This document shows, piece by piece, positions 8,267 through 16,947 of a stretch of DNA of 32,000 bases. Every line of letters starts with the position of its first letter. Position 1 is the first letter of the stretch. Location of the stretch: positions 1,931 to 33,930 of the forward strand of contig CAYNZZ010000012.1 of the NCBI GenBank assembly GCA_964401865.1, read 5' to 3'. The stretch comes from an uncultured Erysipelotrichaceae bacterium (GTDB taxonomy: Bacteria; Bacillota_I; Bacilli_A; Erysipelotrichales; Erysipelotrichaceae). The notes beneath the pieces are model-generated. The model was given only the letters and a program-made list of their open reading frames with translations. It did no database searches and had not been told where the DNA came from. Position numbers and translations under genes: made by a program.

Positions 8267-10024
8267 TTATCTGTATTTTTCTTTTTTACTGTAAGTGGTA
8301 TGAAGCAATTCATGAGCTAAATGTCCATTTGGCTCGCCTAAGAATTCCTTATACAAAGCGATTATTTGAGGATTTTCATGCGATTTTCTAAGTGGCATAT
8401 TTTTATCTTCATCATATAACACTTTCGCACGTTTATTACGGTATGCATCCATACCATCTTTATTTTTAATAACACTAGACACAAATGGCTGACCACCACC
8501 ATTGATACATCCGCCAGGGCAACCCATTATCTCAATGAAATGATATGGCGATAAACCTTTACGAATCTGTTCTAGTAATGGTTTAGCATTAGCCATACCA
8601 GATGCCACTGCAATCCTAACTTCTAAACCATTGATATTTAAAGTGGCTTCTTTCACTCCCTTTAATCCTCTAACAATTTCGTAATCGACATTATCAAATG
8701 ACTTTCCTTCCAAAACTTCAGATACAGTTCTAAGCGCCGCTTCCATAACACCGCCAGTTGCTCCGAAAATCACACCCGCACCAGTATATTGACCGAATAA
8801 ATCTTGATCAAATTCTTCGTCAGCTAAATCAGCAAAAGGAATGCCGAAACGTTTAATTAATTCGCCACATTCTCTAGTTGTCAAAACATAATCAACATCT
8901 TGAATTCCACCGACATTTAGATTATCAGGCTTGTTGATTTCAACCTTTTTAGCACTACAAGGCATAATTGATACTACAACAATATTTTTAGGATCGATAT
9001 TATTGACTTTAGCAAAGTGATGCTTAACAATAGATCCCAACATCATATGAGGCGATTTGCATGAACTCAAATGATCCAAGATATCCGGATATTCAAATTC
9101 ACAATATCTAACCCATCCAGGTGAACAAGAAGTAATCATCGGTAATGTCTTATTGTTCTTGATACGATCTATAAACTCATATCCTTCTTCCATAATAGTT
9201 AAATCGGCACCAAAGTTAGTGTCATATACGCGATTAAAACCAATGGCTTTTAAAGCAGCGGTCATTCTACCGGTTACCGAAGTGCCGATTTCCAAACCAA
9301 ACTCTTCGCCAAGTGCTGCCCTTACTGCCGGAGCAGTCTGAACAACCACGAATTTATCAGGATCATTTAAAGCGTCGATCACATAATCAACATCATTTTT
9401 AACACTTAGTGCTGCTGTTGGGCAATTTATCACACATTGACCACACTGCATACAGTTGACTTCCGAAAACGACATATCCATAGCTGGACCAACAGAAGTC
9501 TTAAAACCGCGATTATTGAAACCTAAGATGCCTAAACCCTGAACTTTTTTACACGTTTCTACACAACGTCCGCACAATACACATTTAGAAGTATCTCTTT
9601 GGATAGAGATTGCCAACTCATCAATAACTCTAGGACTTTTTTCTCCAACATATTTTACTTCTTTAATACCTAATTCATCGGTTAATTTCTGAAGTTCACA
9701 TCTTTGATTACGGCTACACGACAAACAATCCTTTGAATGATTAGACATTATAAGTTCAACAGTATTCTTTCTGCCTTCTAAAGCTTTTTTTGAATGTGTA
9801 AAAACTTCCATACCATCAAAAATTGGATAAGTACAAGAGCTAACTAAAGTTCTAGCTCCTTTGACTTCAACTAAGCAGACACGGCATGCACCTGATTGGT
9901 TAATATCTTTTAAATAACAAAGGGTTGGAATATGAATATTCAAAGATTGACAAGCTTCTAGAATTGTTTGTCCATCATTTACTTCATATGTTTTACCATT
10001 TATTTTAATTGTAATTTTCTTCAT
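8267..10024 (-). CDS. hydA: [FeFe]-hydrogenase catalytic subunit (HydA/HndD type)
   Basis: N-terminal plant-type 2Fe-2S Cys pattern, H-x3-C-x2-C-x5-C cluster, and two CxxCxxCxxxC ferredoxin motifs. H-cluster motifs P2 MPCSAKKVE and P3 EIMGCPGGCINGGGQP are present. P1 is present but reads TSCSPGW. Confidence 0.95.
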   Translation of the reverse strand: MKKITIKINGKTYEVNDGQTILEACQSLNIHIPTLCYLKDINQSGACRVCLVEVKGARTLVSSCTYPIFDGMEVFTHSKKALEGRKNTVELIMSNHSKDCLSCSRNQRCELQKLTDELGIKEVKYVGEKSPRVIDELAISIQRDTSKCVLCGRCVETCKKVQGLGILGFNNRGFKTSVGPAMDMSFSEVNCMQCGQCVINCPTAALSVKNDVDYVIDALNDPDKFVVVQTAPAVRAALGEEFGLEIGTSVTGRMTAALKAIGFNRVYDTNFGADLTIMEEGYEFIDRIKNNKTLPMITSCSPGWVRYCEFEYPDILDHLSSCKSPHMMLGSIVKHHFAKVNNIDPKNIVVVSIMPCSAKKVEINKPDNLNVGGIQDVDYVLTTRECGELIKRFGIPFADLADEEFDQDLFGQYTGAGVIFGATGGVMEAALRTVSEVLEGKSFDNVDYEIVRGLKGVKEATLNINGLEVRIAVASGMANAKPLLEQIRKGLSPYHFIEIMGCPGGCINGGGQPFVSSVIKNKDGMDAYRNKRAKVLYDEDKNMPLRKSHENPQIIALYKEFLGEPNGHLAHELLHTTYSKKEKYR

Positions 10025-10029
10025 AATCT

Positions 10030-11829
10030 TTACCCTTTCTTAATTGCACCGAAACGACATGTTCCAAAACAAGTACCACATTTAATACATTTCTTAGTAT
10101 CAATATAGTAAGGAGTCTGGCCAGGAACACCAGATATCGCATCAACCGGACAACCTCTAGCACATAAAGAACACTTACGACACTTATCAGGATCAATAGA
10201 GTAATGAAGCAAGTCTTTACATACACCGGCAGGACAGCGTTTTTCAACAATATGAGCAATATATTCTTCTCTAAAGTTCTTTAAAGTCGAAAGAATTGGG
10301 TTAGCAGCTGTTTGACCTAAGCCACATAGTGAATTATTTTTAACGTGGTAACATAGCTTTTCCATTTCATCAAGCATTTCCATTGTTCCTTCACCTTTGC
10401 AGATTTTGGTGAGCATTTCTAAAAGACGTTTCGTTCCTACTCGACACGGCGTACATTTTCCACACGATTCCTCAACAATGAAATCTAAATAGAATCTTGC
10501 AACATCGACCATACAATTATCCTCATCTAAAACAATCATACCGCCTGATCCCATCATCGAACCTTTTTCAATCAAATTATCATAATCAATAGGAACATCC
10601 AAGTCTTTTTCAGTTAAACATCCACCTGATGGACCACCAGTTTGAACAGCTTTGAACTTTTTACCATTCGGGCATCCACCGCCAATATCATAAATAACTT
10701 CACGCAAAGTGGTTCCCATCGGTATTTCGACAAGTCCTGTATTAACTATCTTTCCTCCTAGAGCAAATACCTTAGTTCCTTTTGACTTTTCAGTACCGAT
10801 ACTACTAAACCAGTCAGCACCTTTCAAGATAATTTGCGGAACATTGGCATATGTTTCAACATTGTTGATGATAGTAGGTTTTCCCCATACACCAGATTTA
10901 GCTGGGAATGGTGGTTTTGGCACTGGATTACCGCGTTTTCCTTCAATCGAAGCAATTAAAGCGGTTTCTTCACCGCACACAAAAGCGCCTGCTCCAAGTC
11001 TTATTTCGATATTAAAGCTAAAACCGCTATTCAAAATATTCTCACCCAATAAGCCTAATTCATTAGCTTGTTTGATAGCAGTCTTTAATCTAGCGACTGA
11101 AACAGGATATTCAGCACGAATATAGATATATCCAAGTTTAGCGCCAATCGCATAAGCAGCTATAGCCATCGCTTCAATAACTGAATGTGGATCACCTTCT
11201 AGTATCGACCTATCCATAAATGCCCCTGGATCTCCTTCATCAGCATTACAGATCACATACTTTTCATCAGATTCTTCTATCGCAGCAAAACGCCATTTCT
11301 TACCGGTTGGAAAGCCTCCGCCTCCTCTTCCTCTCAATCCGGATTTTTCAATGATTTCAATTACCTCCATTGGTGTTTTATTCTCTAATACATCACCGAG
11401 AGCTAAATACCCATCTTTAGCAATATACTCATAAATATCCTCAGGATTAATTGTTCCGCAATTCTTTAGTGCGATACGCATCTGTTTTGCATAAAAAGGT
11501 ATTTTATTCACATCAAAAATCTTTTGCTTAGTTTCAGGATCAATATCAGAAAGAAGCAACCTTTCAACTGCTTTTCCTTTCAATAAATGTTCAGATACAA
11601 TCTCCTCTACGTCATCAACAGTAACATGCGAATAAAATACACCGTCAGGTTGAATTGCAACAATTGGCCCTTTTTGACAAAGTCCAAAGCATCCGGTTGG
11701 AACCATCTTTATTTCATCTTTAAGCCCATACTTAATAATCATCTCTTCGAATCTGTGATATACCAGCATTGAATTAGACGAAGCGCATCCGGCAACACCA
11801 CAGACCAAAACATTAATTCTTTCCATCAC
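10030..11829 (-). CDS. hydB: NADH-binding flavoprotein subunit of bifurcating hydrogenase (NuoF-like, HydB/HndC)
   Basis: N-terminal thioredoxin-like 2Fe-2S (CGVAGC...CFGLC), FMN/NADH site GRGGGGFPTGKKW, ESCGKCTPCR 4Fe-4S, and two C-terminal ferredoxin CxxCxxCxxxCP motifs. The start is either the GTG at 11829 or the ATG at 11826. Confidence 0.95.
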   Translation of the reverse strand: MMERINVLVCGVAGCASSNSMLVYHRFEEMIIKYGLKDEIKMVPTGCFGLCQKGPIVAIQPDGVFYSHVTVDDVEEIVSEHLLKGKAVERLLLSDIDPETKQKIFDVNKIPFYAKQMRIALKNCGTINPEDIYEYIAKDGYLALGDVLENKTPMEVIEIIEKSGLRGRGGGGFPTGKKWRFAAIEESDEKYVICNADEGDPGAFMDRSILEGDPHSVIEAMAIAAYAIGAKLGYIYIRAEYPVSVARLKTAIKQANELGLLGENILNSGFSFNIEIRLGAGAFVCGEETALIASIEGKRGNPVPKPPFPAKSGVWGKPTIINNVETYANVPQIILKGADWFSSIGTEKSKGTKVFALGGKIVNTGLVEIPMGTTLREVIYDIGGGCPNGKKFKAVQTGGPSGGCLTEKDLDVPIDYDNLIEKGSMMGSGGMIVLDEDNCMVDVARFYLDFIVEESCGKCTPCRVGTKRLLEMLTKICKGEGTMEMLDEMEKLCYHVKNNSLCGLGQTAANPILSTLKNFREEYIAHIVEKRCPAGVCKDLLHYSIDPDKCRKCSLCARGCPVDAISGVPGQTPYYIDTKKCIKCGTCFGTCRFGAIKKG

Positions 11830-11842
11830 TTTTGCTCCCTTC

Positions 11843-12193
11843 TTATTTTAGAGTATATTGAGAAAGCTCTTCGCCACTCAAAATATGCGAATTGAATATT
11901 TCGTTTAACTTTTTGATATCAACATTTACATACACACTCTTATTGCCAGCTTTATCCTCGACTATCATAACCGGTTCATATCCTCTAATCGCAACATTGC
12001 CATCATGTATAACAGCACATGGATAATTGTTTTCGGCATTAAGCGACACTAAACTGTTGAGTAATGTTCTTGATGTAGCAACATCATCTTCGCTCAGTGC
12101 TATACTTACACGATATTTTTTATCAGCATCTCTTAACTTAATCATCTTCGATGATTGTTCTTGAACTTTTTTTAGTTCTCCTAGACTTTTCAT
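11843..12193 (-). CDS. HndB-like small subunit, thioredoxin-like ferredoxin fold without cluster ligands
   Basis: 116 aa located between the NuoE-like and NuoF-like genes, as hndB is. It aligns by eye with the N-terminal domain of the adjacent HydB (EPVMIVEDKAGNKSVYVNVDIKKLNEIFNSHILSGEEL against GPIVAIQPDGVFYSHVTVDDVEEIVSEHLLKGKAV). It contains only one Cys. Confidence 0.7.
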   Translation of the reverse strand: MKSLGELKKVQEQSSKMIKLRDADKKYRVSIALSEDDVATSRTLLNSLVSLNAENNYPCAVIHDGNVAIRGYEPVMIVEDKAGNKSVYVNVDIKKLNEIFNSHILSGEELSQYTLK

Positions 12194-12238
12194 TCATTTA
12201 ACCTCGCATTAACATTTTTTATCTATCAATTTATCAAA

Positions 12239-12733
12239 TCAAACAGCTTCTCTTGCTTTTATTTCGTCAACAATATTCACAAGTACTGTTTTATCATTTA
12301 AATTGCCATAAACTTCGCCATCTACTACTACAACTGGCGCTAAACTACAAGCACCCAAACATCTAGTTGCATCAACAGAGAAAAGTCCATCTTCACTAGT
12401 CTTATTAACACTTGCTCCAGTTATTCTCAAAACTTCATCAAGCAAATCCTGCGCACCTTTTACATAACAAGCAGTACCGAGACACAAATTGATAACATGT
12501 TTACCTTTAGGCTCAGTAGTAAACTGCGTATAGAAAGTTACAACACCATACACATCCGCTAAAGATACATTAGCAGCTTCGGCAATTTTAACCATTGCCT
12601 CAAAAGGCACATACCCAAACTCTTCTTGAACCTCATGTAGCATCAGTTTCACTGGTCCTCTTTTATTACGATGTCTTTCAACAATCTGATCAATAGTCAT
12701 AATTGCGGCATTGTTTAACTTTAAAACTCGCAT
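12239..12733 (-). CDS. hydC: NuoE-like 2Fe-2S subunit (HydC/HndA)
   Basis: 164 aa with the NuoE signature CLGTACYVKGA ... RCLGACSLAPV. GAGG RBS. Confidence 0.93.
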   Translation of the reverse strand: MRVLKLNNAAIMTIDQIVERHRNKRGPVKLMLHEVQEEFGYVPFEAMVKIAEAANVSLADVYGVVTFYTQFTTEPKGKHVINLCLGTACYVKGAQDLLDEVLRITGASVNKTSEDGLFSVDATRCLGACSLAPVVVVDGEVYGNLNDKTVLVNIVDEIKAREAV

Positions 12734-12761
12734 TTGTTTTACCTCACTTTTTCTTTCTTTA

Positions 12762-12791
12762 ATTATATATGTATAGAGATAAAAATGTAAG
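12762..12791 (-). promoter_or_regulatory. putative promoter of the hydrogenase operon
   Basis: Minus strand CTTACA (12791-12786), 18-nt spacer, TATAAT (12767-12762). It lies about 30 nt upstream of the hydC ATG. Confidence 0.35.
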
Positions 12792-12852
12792 CGTTTTAAA
12801 TTTTATTTATCTTTAAAAAAATCAATACTTAACACAACTTTATTTTCGCTCG

Positions 12853-12861
12853 TGTTATAAT
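12853..12861 (+). promoter_or_regulatory. extended -10 promoter of the CofE-like/DUF1846 operon
   Basis: TGTTATAAT (TGn + TATAAT), 29 nt upstream of the ATG. RBS AAGGGAG at 12877-12883. Confidence 0.5.
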
Positions 12862-12890
12862 CAAATAGTTGTTATCAAGGGAGATTATTT

Positions 12891-13571
12891 ATGAGCAAAG
12901 ATAAAAGCGCCTTTATTGAAGTAAACGGAAAAAAATACGAAAGAGTTCCCGTTAAAACACATGTAGTTACCAATAAAGACGATATTGTAGAAGTGGTAAA
13001 AAAGTACACAAATAATAAATTAGAAAATGGCGATATTGTATTTATATCGGAAAAATGTGTTGCCTGTACTCAAAATCGAGCAATACCTCTAAAAGACATT
13101 AGACCAAGTAAATTAGCAACTTTTCTTTCTGGATTTGTAACAAAAACTCCTCACGGCATCGGCTTAGGAATGCCCGAAACAATGCATTATGCAATTAAGG
13201 AATGTGGTACTTTTAGAATACTAGTAGCCGCAGCAGCTGGTGCAATAGGCAAAGTTTTTCATAAAAAAGGCTGGTTTTATATTGTTGCCGGAAGAAAAGC
13301 GGCCTCAATCGATGGCCCTACCCCAAACACTTTGCCTCCATATAATGAATATGTAGTACTCGGCCCTTCTAATCCTAATGAAGTAGCCAGCAAAATAGCT
13401 AAAGAAATCGGTCACACAGTATGTATAGTTGACATCAACGATTTAGGTGGCAACATATTAGGATGTTCAGATAGTAAGTTAGATTTAGATTTAATATGCA
13501 AAATACTAAAAGATAATCCTTTGGGACAAGACCATGAACAGACGCCAATCGGCATAATTAAAGCGAGGTAA
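12891..13571 (+). CDS. CofE-like (F420-0:gamma-glutamyl ligase family) protein, function unknown in this context
   Basis: 226 aa. Resemblance to CofE-family blocks as I remember them: GDIVFISEKCVACTQNR, AASIDGPTPN, VCIVDINDLGG. The stop is 3 nt before the next ATG. Confidence 0.55.
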   Translation: MSKDKSAFIEVNGKKYERVPVKTHVVTNKDDIVEVVKKYTNNKLENGDIVFISEKCVACTQNRAIPLKDIRPSKLATFLSGFVTKTPHGIGLGMPETMHYAIKECGTFRILVAAAAGAIGKVFHKKGWFYIVAGRKAASIDGPTPNTLPPYNEYVVLGPSNPNEVASKIAKEIGHTVCIVDINDLGGNILGCSDSKLDLDLICKILKDNPLGQDHEQTPIGIIKAR

Positions 13572-13573
13572 AT

Positions 13574-15055
13574 ATGCATACAATTGGATTTGATAATGAA
13601 AAATATATTAGCTTACAATCTGAAAAAATATTAAAAAGAATTAAACGTTTTAACAAACTCTATCTAGAGTTCGGTGGCAAATTATTTGATGATTTTCATG
13701 CTTCAAGAGTAATACCTGGTTTTGCTCCAGATAGTAAAATCAAGATGTTGATGCGTATGAAAGATAAAGTCGAAATGATGCTAGTAATCAGTGCTGAACA
13801 CATTCAGAAAAATAAAGTTCGCGGAGACTTAGGAATTACTTATATTCAAGATTTATTTAGACTCATCGATGCTTTTCGTGAAGCGGGACTCTATGTCGGA
13901 AGTGTCATCATCACCCATTACAACAAACAGTTAGAAGCTCAAAAATTAAAGAGAAAATTAGAAAAAGACAATATTAAAGTAGCATATCACTACACTATCC
14001 CGAATTATCCAAGTGACATTGAATTAATTCTCTCGAAAGATGGCTTTGGTAAAAATGATTACATTAAAACGGAGAGAGAGCTGGTTGTCGTAACTGCACC
14101 AGGGCCTGGAAGTGGTAAAATGGCAACTTGCTTATCTCAGATGTATCACGATAATCTAAGCGGTATAAAAGCTGGTTATGCAAAATATGAAACATTCCCG
14201 GTTTGGAATTTACTTCTTAATCATCCGGTAAATTTAGCTTATGAAGCTGCAACCATCGACTTAGATGATGTTAATATGATTGATCCGTTTCATCTAGAAA
14301 ACTATGGTATTGTGGCCACAAACTACAATCGCGATGTTGAAGTGTTTCCGGTATTAAACGACTTACTAATTAAAATTAATGGTAAACAGATTTATAAATC
14401 TCCTACTGACATGGGTGTTAACATGATCGGTTCATGCATTATCGATGATAAAGTCTGTCAAGAAGCTTCAAAATTAGAAATCATTAGAAGGTACTACGAC
14501 ATTTTAGTATCCGTAAGAAAAGAAGAAGCTTCTGAAGAAATGCTTAGCAAAATTGAAAAAGTCATGTCTAAAGCTGGAGTTGATAAAAATTATCGCAAGG
14601 TTGCACTTATTGCCAATGAAATCGCTGAAAAAACTAAAGAACCTGCTGTAGCTATCGAGTTGAATAATGGAAAAATCATCACCGGTAAAACTTCTAAACT
14701 AATGGGAGCATCCTCGGCTTGCCTATTGAACGCTTTAAAGGAAATTGCTGGTATCGATGATGTCAAATTGCTGTCAAGTGAAATTCTAGAACCTATTCAA
14801 GAATTAAAAACTATTCATCTAAAAGGCAATAATCCAAGACTTCACACCGACGAAACTTTAATCGCTTTAGCAATTGAATCAAAATCATCGCCATTATGCA
14901 AAAAAGCTATGGATGCTTTAGCAGAGTTAAAAGATTGTGAAGTTCATTCAACTGTTATTCTATCAGCAGTAGATCTTGGAACCTTTAAAAAGCTTGGAAT
15001 GCGCGTAACTCAGGATCCGGTATATCAATATAAAAAATTATTCCACAAAAAATAA
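13574..15055 (+). CDS. UPF0371/DUF1846 family protein (unknown function)
   Basis: 493 aa. The N-terminus (IGFDNEKYISLQSEKILKRI...LYLEFGGKLFDDFHASRVIPGFAPDSKIKML) matches my recollection of the UPF0371 family in both sequence and length. GAGG RBS. Confidence 0.7.
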   Translation: MHTIGFDNEKYISLQSEKILKRIKRFNKLYLEFGGKLFDDFHASRVIPGFAPDSKIKMLMRMKDKVEMMLVISAEHIQKNKVRGDLGITYIQDLFRLIDAFREAGLYVGSVIITHYNKQLEAQKLKRKLEKDNIKVAYHYTIPNYPSDIELILSKDGFGKNDYIKTERELVVVTAPGPGSGKMATCLSQMYHDNLSGIKAGYAKYETFPVWNLLLNHPVNLAYEAATIDLDDVNMIDPFHLENYGIVATNYNRDVEVFPVLNDLLIKINGKQIYKSPTDMGVNMIGSCIIDDKVCQEASKLEIIRRYYDILVSVRKEEASEEMLSKIEKVMSKAGVDKNYRKVALIANEIAEKTKEPAVAIELNNGKIITGKTSKLMGASSACLLNALKEIAGIDDVKLLSSEILEPIQELKTIHLKGNNPRLHTDETLIALAIESKSSPLCKKAMDALAELKDCEVHSTVILSAVDLGTFKKLGMRVTQDPVYQYKKLFHKK

Positions 15056-15066
15056 TATTCTTAATC

Positions 15067-15099
15067 AAACCTAATTTATCAATGATTAGGTTTTTATTT
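15067..15099 (+). terminator. rho-independent terminator after the DUF1846 gene
   Basis: AAACCTAAT (15067-15075) pairs with ATTAGGTTT (15085-15093), followed by TTATTTA. Confidence 0.6.
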
Positions 15100-15121
15100 A
15101 TGTTATTCCGAGTAAGCAAAT

Positions 15122-15155
15122 TGAAAAGGTAGTGATAAGTCAAATTATCACTACC
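15122..15155 (-). terminator. rho-independent terminator after nth
   Basis: Perfect 11-bp stem GGTAGTGATAA (15128-15138) with TTATCACTACC (15145-15155), immediately after the nth TAG stop. It is followed on the minus strand by UUUUCAAUUU. Confidence 0.75.
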
Positions 15156-15156
15156 C

Positions 15157-15789
15157 CTACTTTTCATATTTTTTTCGTTTACAAATATCTATTAGCGGAC
15201 AATTATCGCAATTAGGATTTTTAGCTTTGCAGAAATATCGTCCAAAGAAAATCATCTGATGATGCGTTTTATTCCATAACTTCTTATCAATCCTCTTGCA
15301 CAATTTTTCTTCAATTTTCAAAACATCATCATCATATTTAGCCAATCCAAGTCTTTTACTGACTCTTGCCACATGAGTATCTACAGCTAATGTCGGCACA
15401 TCAAAGGCAACCGATAAAACAACATTCGCCGTTTTACGACCCACACCATCTAGGGTCATTAAATCTTTTCTGTTATTTGGTACCGTGCCATTATATTTAT
15501 TTACCAAATCTTTAGATATCGCAATAATATTTTTTGCCTTATTATGATATAAACCAATTGAATGAATAATCTTTTCAACTTCCCTAATATCTGCATCAGC
15601 TAATTTATAACAATCAGGATATCGAAGAAACAATGCTGGCGTTACTGTATTGACTCTTTGATCAGTCGTTTGAGCACTTAAAGAAACAGCTATCAACAAT
15701 TCAAAAGCATCCTTATGAATAAGTTCACAATGTGCATCGGGATATAAGTCTTCAAAAGTATCTAAAATTCTAATTACTTTATTATTCAT
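15157..15789 (-). CDS. nth: endonuclease III
   Basis: HhH-GPD motif (LMTLDGVGRKTANVVL) with catalytic Lys/Asp context, and a C-terminal 4Fe-4S loop C-x6-C-x2-C-x5-C (CKAKNPNCDNCPLIDIC). Confidence 0.93.
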   Translation of the reverse strand: MNNKVIRILDTFEDLYPDAHCELIHKDAFELLIAVSLSAQTTDQRVNTVTPALFLRYPDCYKLADADIREVEKIIHSIGLYHNKAKNIIAISKDLVNKYNGTVPNNRKDLMTLDGVGRKTANVVLSVAFDVPTLAVDTHVARVSKRLGLAKYDDDVLKIEEKLCKRIDKKLWNKTHHQMIFFGRYFCKAKNPNCDNCPLIDICKRKKYEK

Positions 15790-16279
15790 GATTATTCTTT
15801 AAGATTTTTTCAATATATGCAAAATTAAGTTTACGATATGCATCGGCATTCCTCAAGGCTTCAAGTATCTCACTTTCGCCATATTCACTAATAAGGTCAG
15901 ATAATTTCGCCATTTCAAAAGGACTTAGTGGTCTGGCAAATGAATCTTCAAACATTTTAAATATATCATTGCTTATATCTTCTTTGATATCATCTAACAA
16001 TTCAAAAATGCGATTGATATCATATCTCACTCCACTTTCACCAACATATATTTCTAGTATTCCCTTAGTAGATAAATCTTGAATAAGCTTATCCACCTTA
16101 TCTTGATTGAGACCAAGCTTGCTAGAGAGAAGTTCATAATTAATAGCAATATGGTTTTCATTAAAATAATCAATAAATAAGCACAGCAAAAGCTCTTCGG
16201 CATTTAAGTTAATATTTTGAGCATTTTCTAAAATCCAATTGCGACGATTTATATATGATTTTAAATACCATTCACTCAT
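15782..16279 (-). CDS. dnaD: DnaD-domain replication initiation/membrane attachment protein
   Basis: 165 aa with a winged-helix-like N-half and a C-terminal DnaD/DnaB-type domain (FARPLSPFEMAKL...FAYIEKILKN). The dnaD-nth adjacency matches Bacillus. The protein is shorter than B. subtilis DnaD. Confidence 0.7.
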   Translation of the reverse strand: MSEWYLKSYINRRNWILENAQNINLNAEELLLCLFIDYFNENHIAINYELLSSKLGLNQDKVDKLIQDLSTKGILEIYVGESGVRYDINRIFELLDDIKEDISNDIFKMFEDSFARPLSPFEMAKLSDLISEYGESEILEALRNADAYRKLNFAYIEKILKNNHE

Positions 16280-16947
16280 AAATCTAACTCTTCAATAACC
16301 TTTTTGGTATAATTTGCACTATTGATTGCTGCATGACCAACGAACTCATCAAAGTCAATCTCATTTCCCTCTTCAATTGTAACATCGGATATTGAGCGAA
16401 GAATTAAAAAATCAATTCCAAAATAAGTGGCCGTTTGAGCAATACTAGCACTTTCCATTTCAACACACAAGACACCAGGAAATTCCTTTAAAATCTTATC
16501 TGTTTGTTCCTTATGCATAATGAAACTATCACCACTTACCATTGGACCAAAATGACATTTTAGTTCAGTATCGACAATCTTAATTTTAGCCAAAAGCTCC
16601 CTATTGGTGTGGTAACAAGTTACACTTTGATTAAAGCCCTTTGGCCAATCAGGCACTTCAATATCATGGAAAGCAATATCGTTAGCAATAACTACATCGC
16701 CAATTCTTACATCTTTAGATAAAGAACCAGCTGAACCGATGTTAATTATTAAATGAATATCATATAGCAAAGCTAGCTTAGTGGTATTGATGGCTGCACC
16801 TACTTTACCTACTCCGCTTTTAGCTAATACAATATCTTTTTTAGCTAATTTACCAATAATGTAACCATTTTTATCAATTTTAACATCGCTCATCAGTCTT
16901 TTAAAAGCGTCAACTTCCACATCCATCGCTGCAATAATTGCAATCAT
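16276..16947 (-). CDS. mtnN: 5'-methylthioadenosine/S-adenosylhomocysteine nucleosidase
   Basis: 223 aa, PNP/UDP-1 fold signatures (IIAAMDVEV..., GVGKVGAA, VEMESASIAQ, SISD). Confidence 0.9.
   Translation of the reverse strand: MIAIIAAMDVEVDAFKRLMSDVKIDKNGYIIGKLAKKDIVLAKSGVGKVGAAINTTKLALLYDIHLIINIGSAGSLSKDVRIGDVVIANDIAFHDIEVPDWPKGFNQSVTCYHTNRELLAKIKIVDTELKCHFGPMVSGDSFIMHKEQTDKILKEFPGVLCVEMESASIAQTATYFGIDFLILRSISDVTIEEGNEIDFDEFVGHAAINSANYTKKVIEELDL

Noticed and set aside
10005-10259. An 84-aa same-strand ORF overlapping the hydB 3' end and the hydA start.
   Set aside because: It is an alternative frame of the Cys-rich ferredoxin region of hydB. The translation is a repetitive Leu/Val string with no RBS.
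10709-11125. The largest antisense ORF (138 aa), lying inside hydB.
   Set aside because: It is entirely antisense to the conserved NuoF-like FMN-binding region. Its Pro/Gly/Ser-rich translation is the typical mirror of a Gly-rich coding strand.
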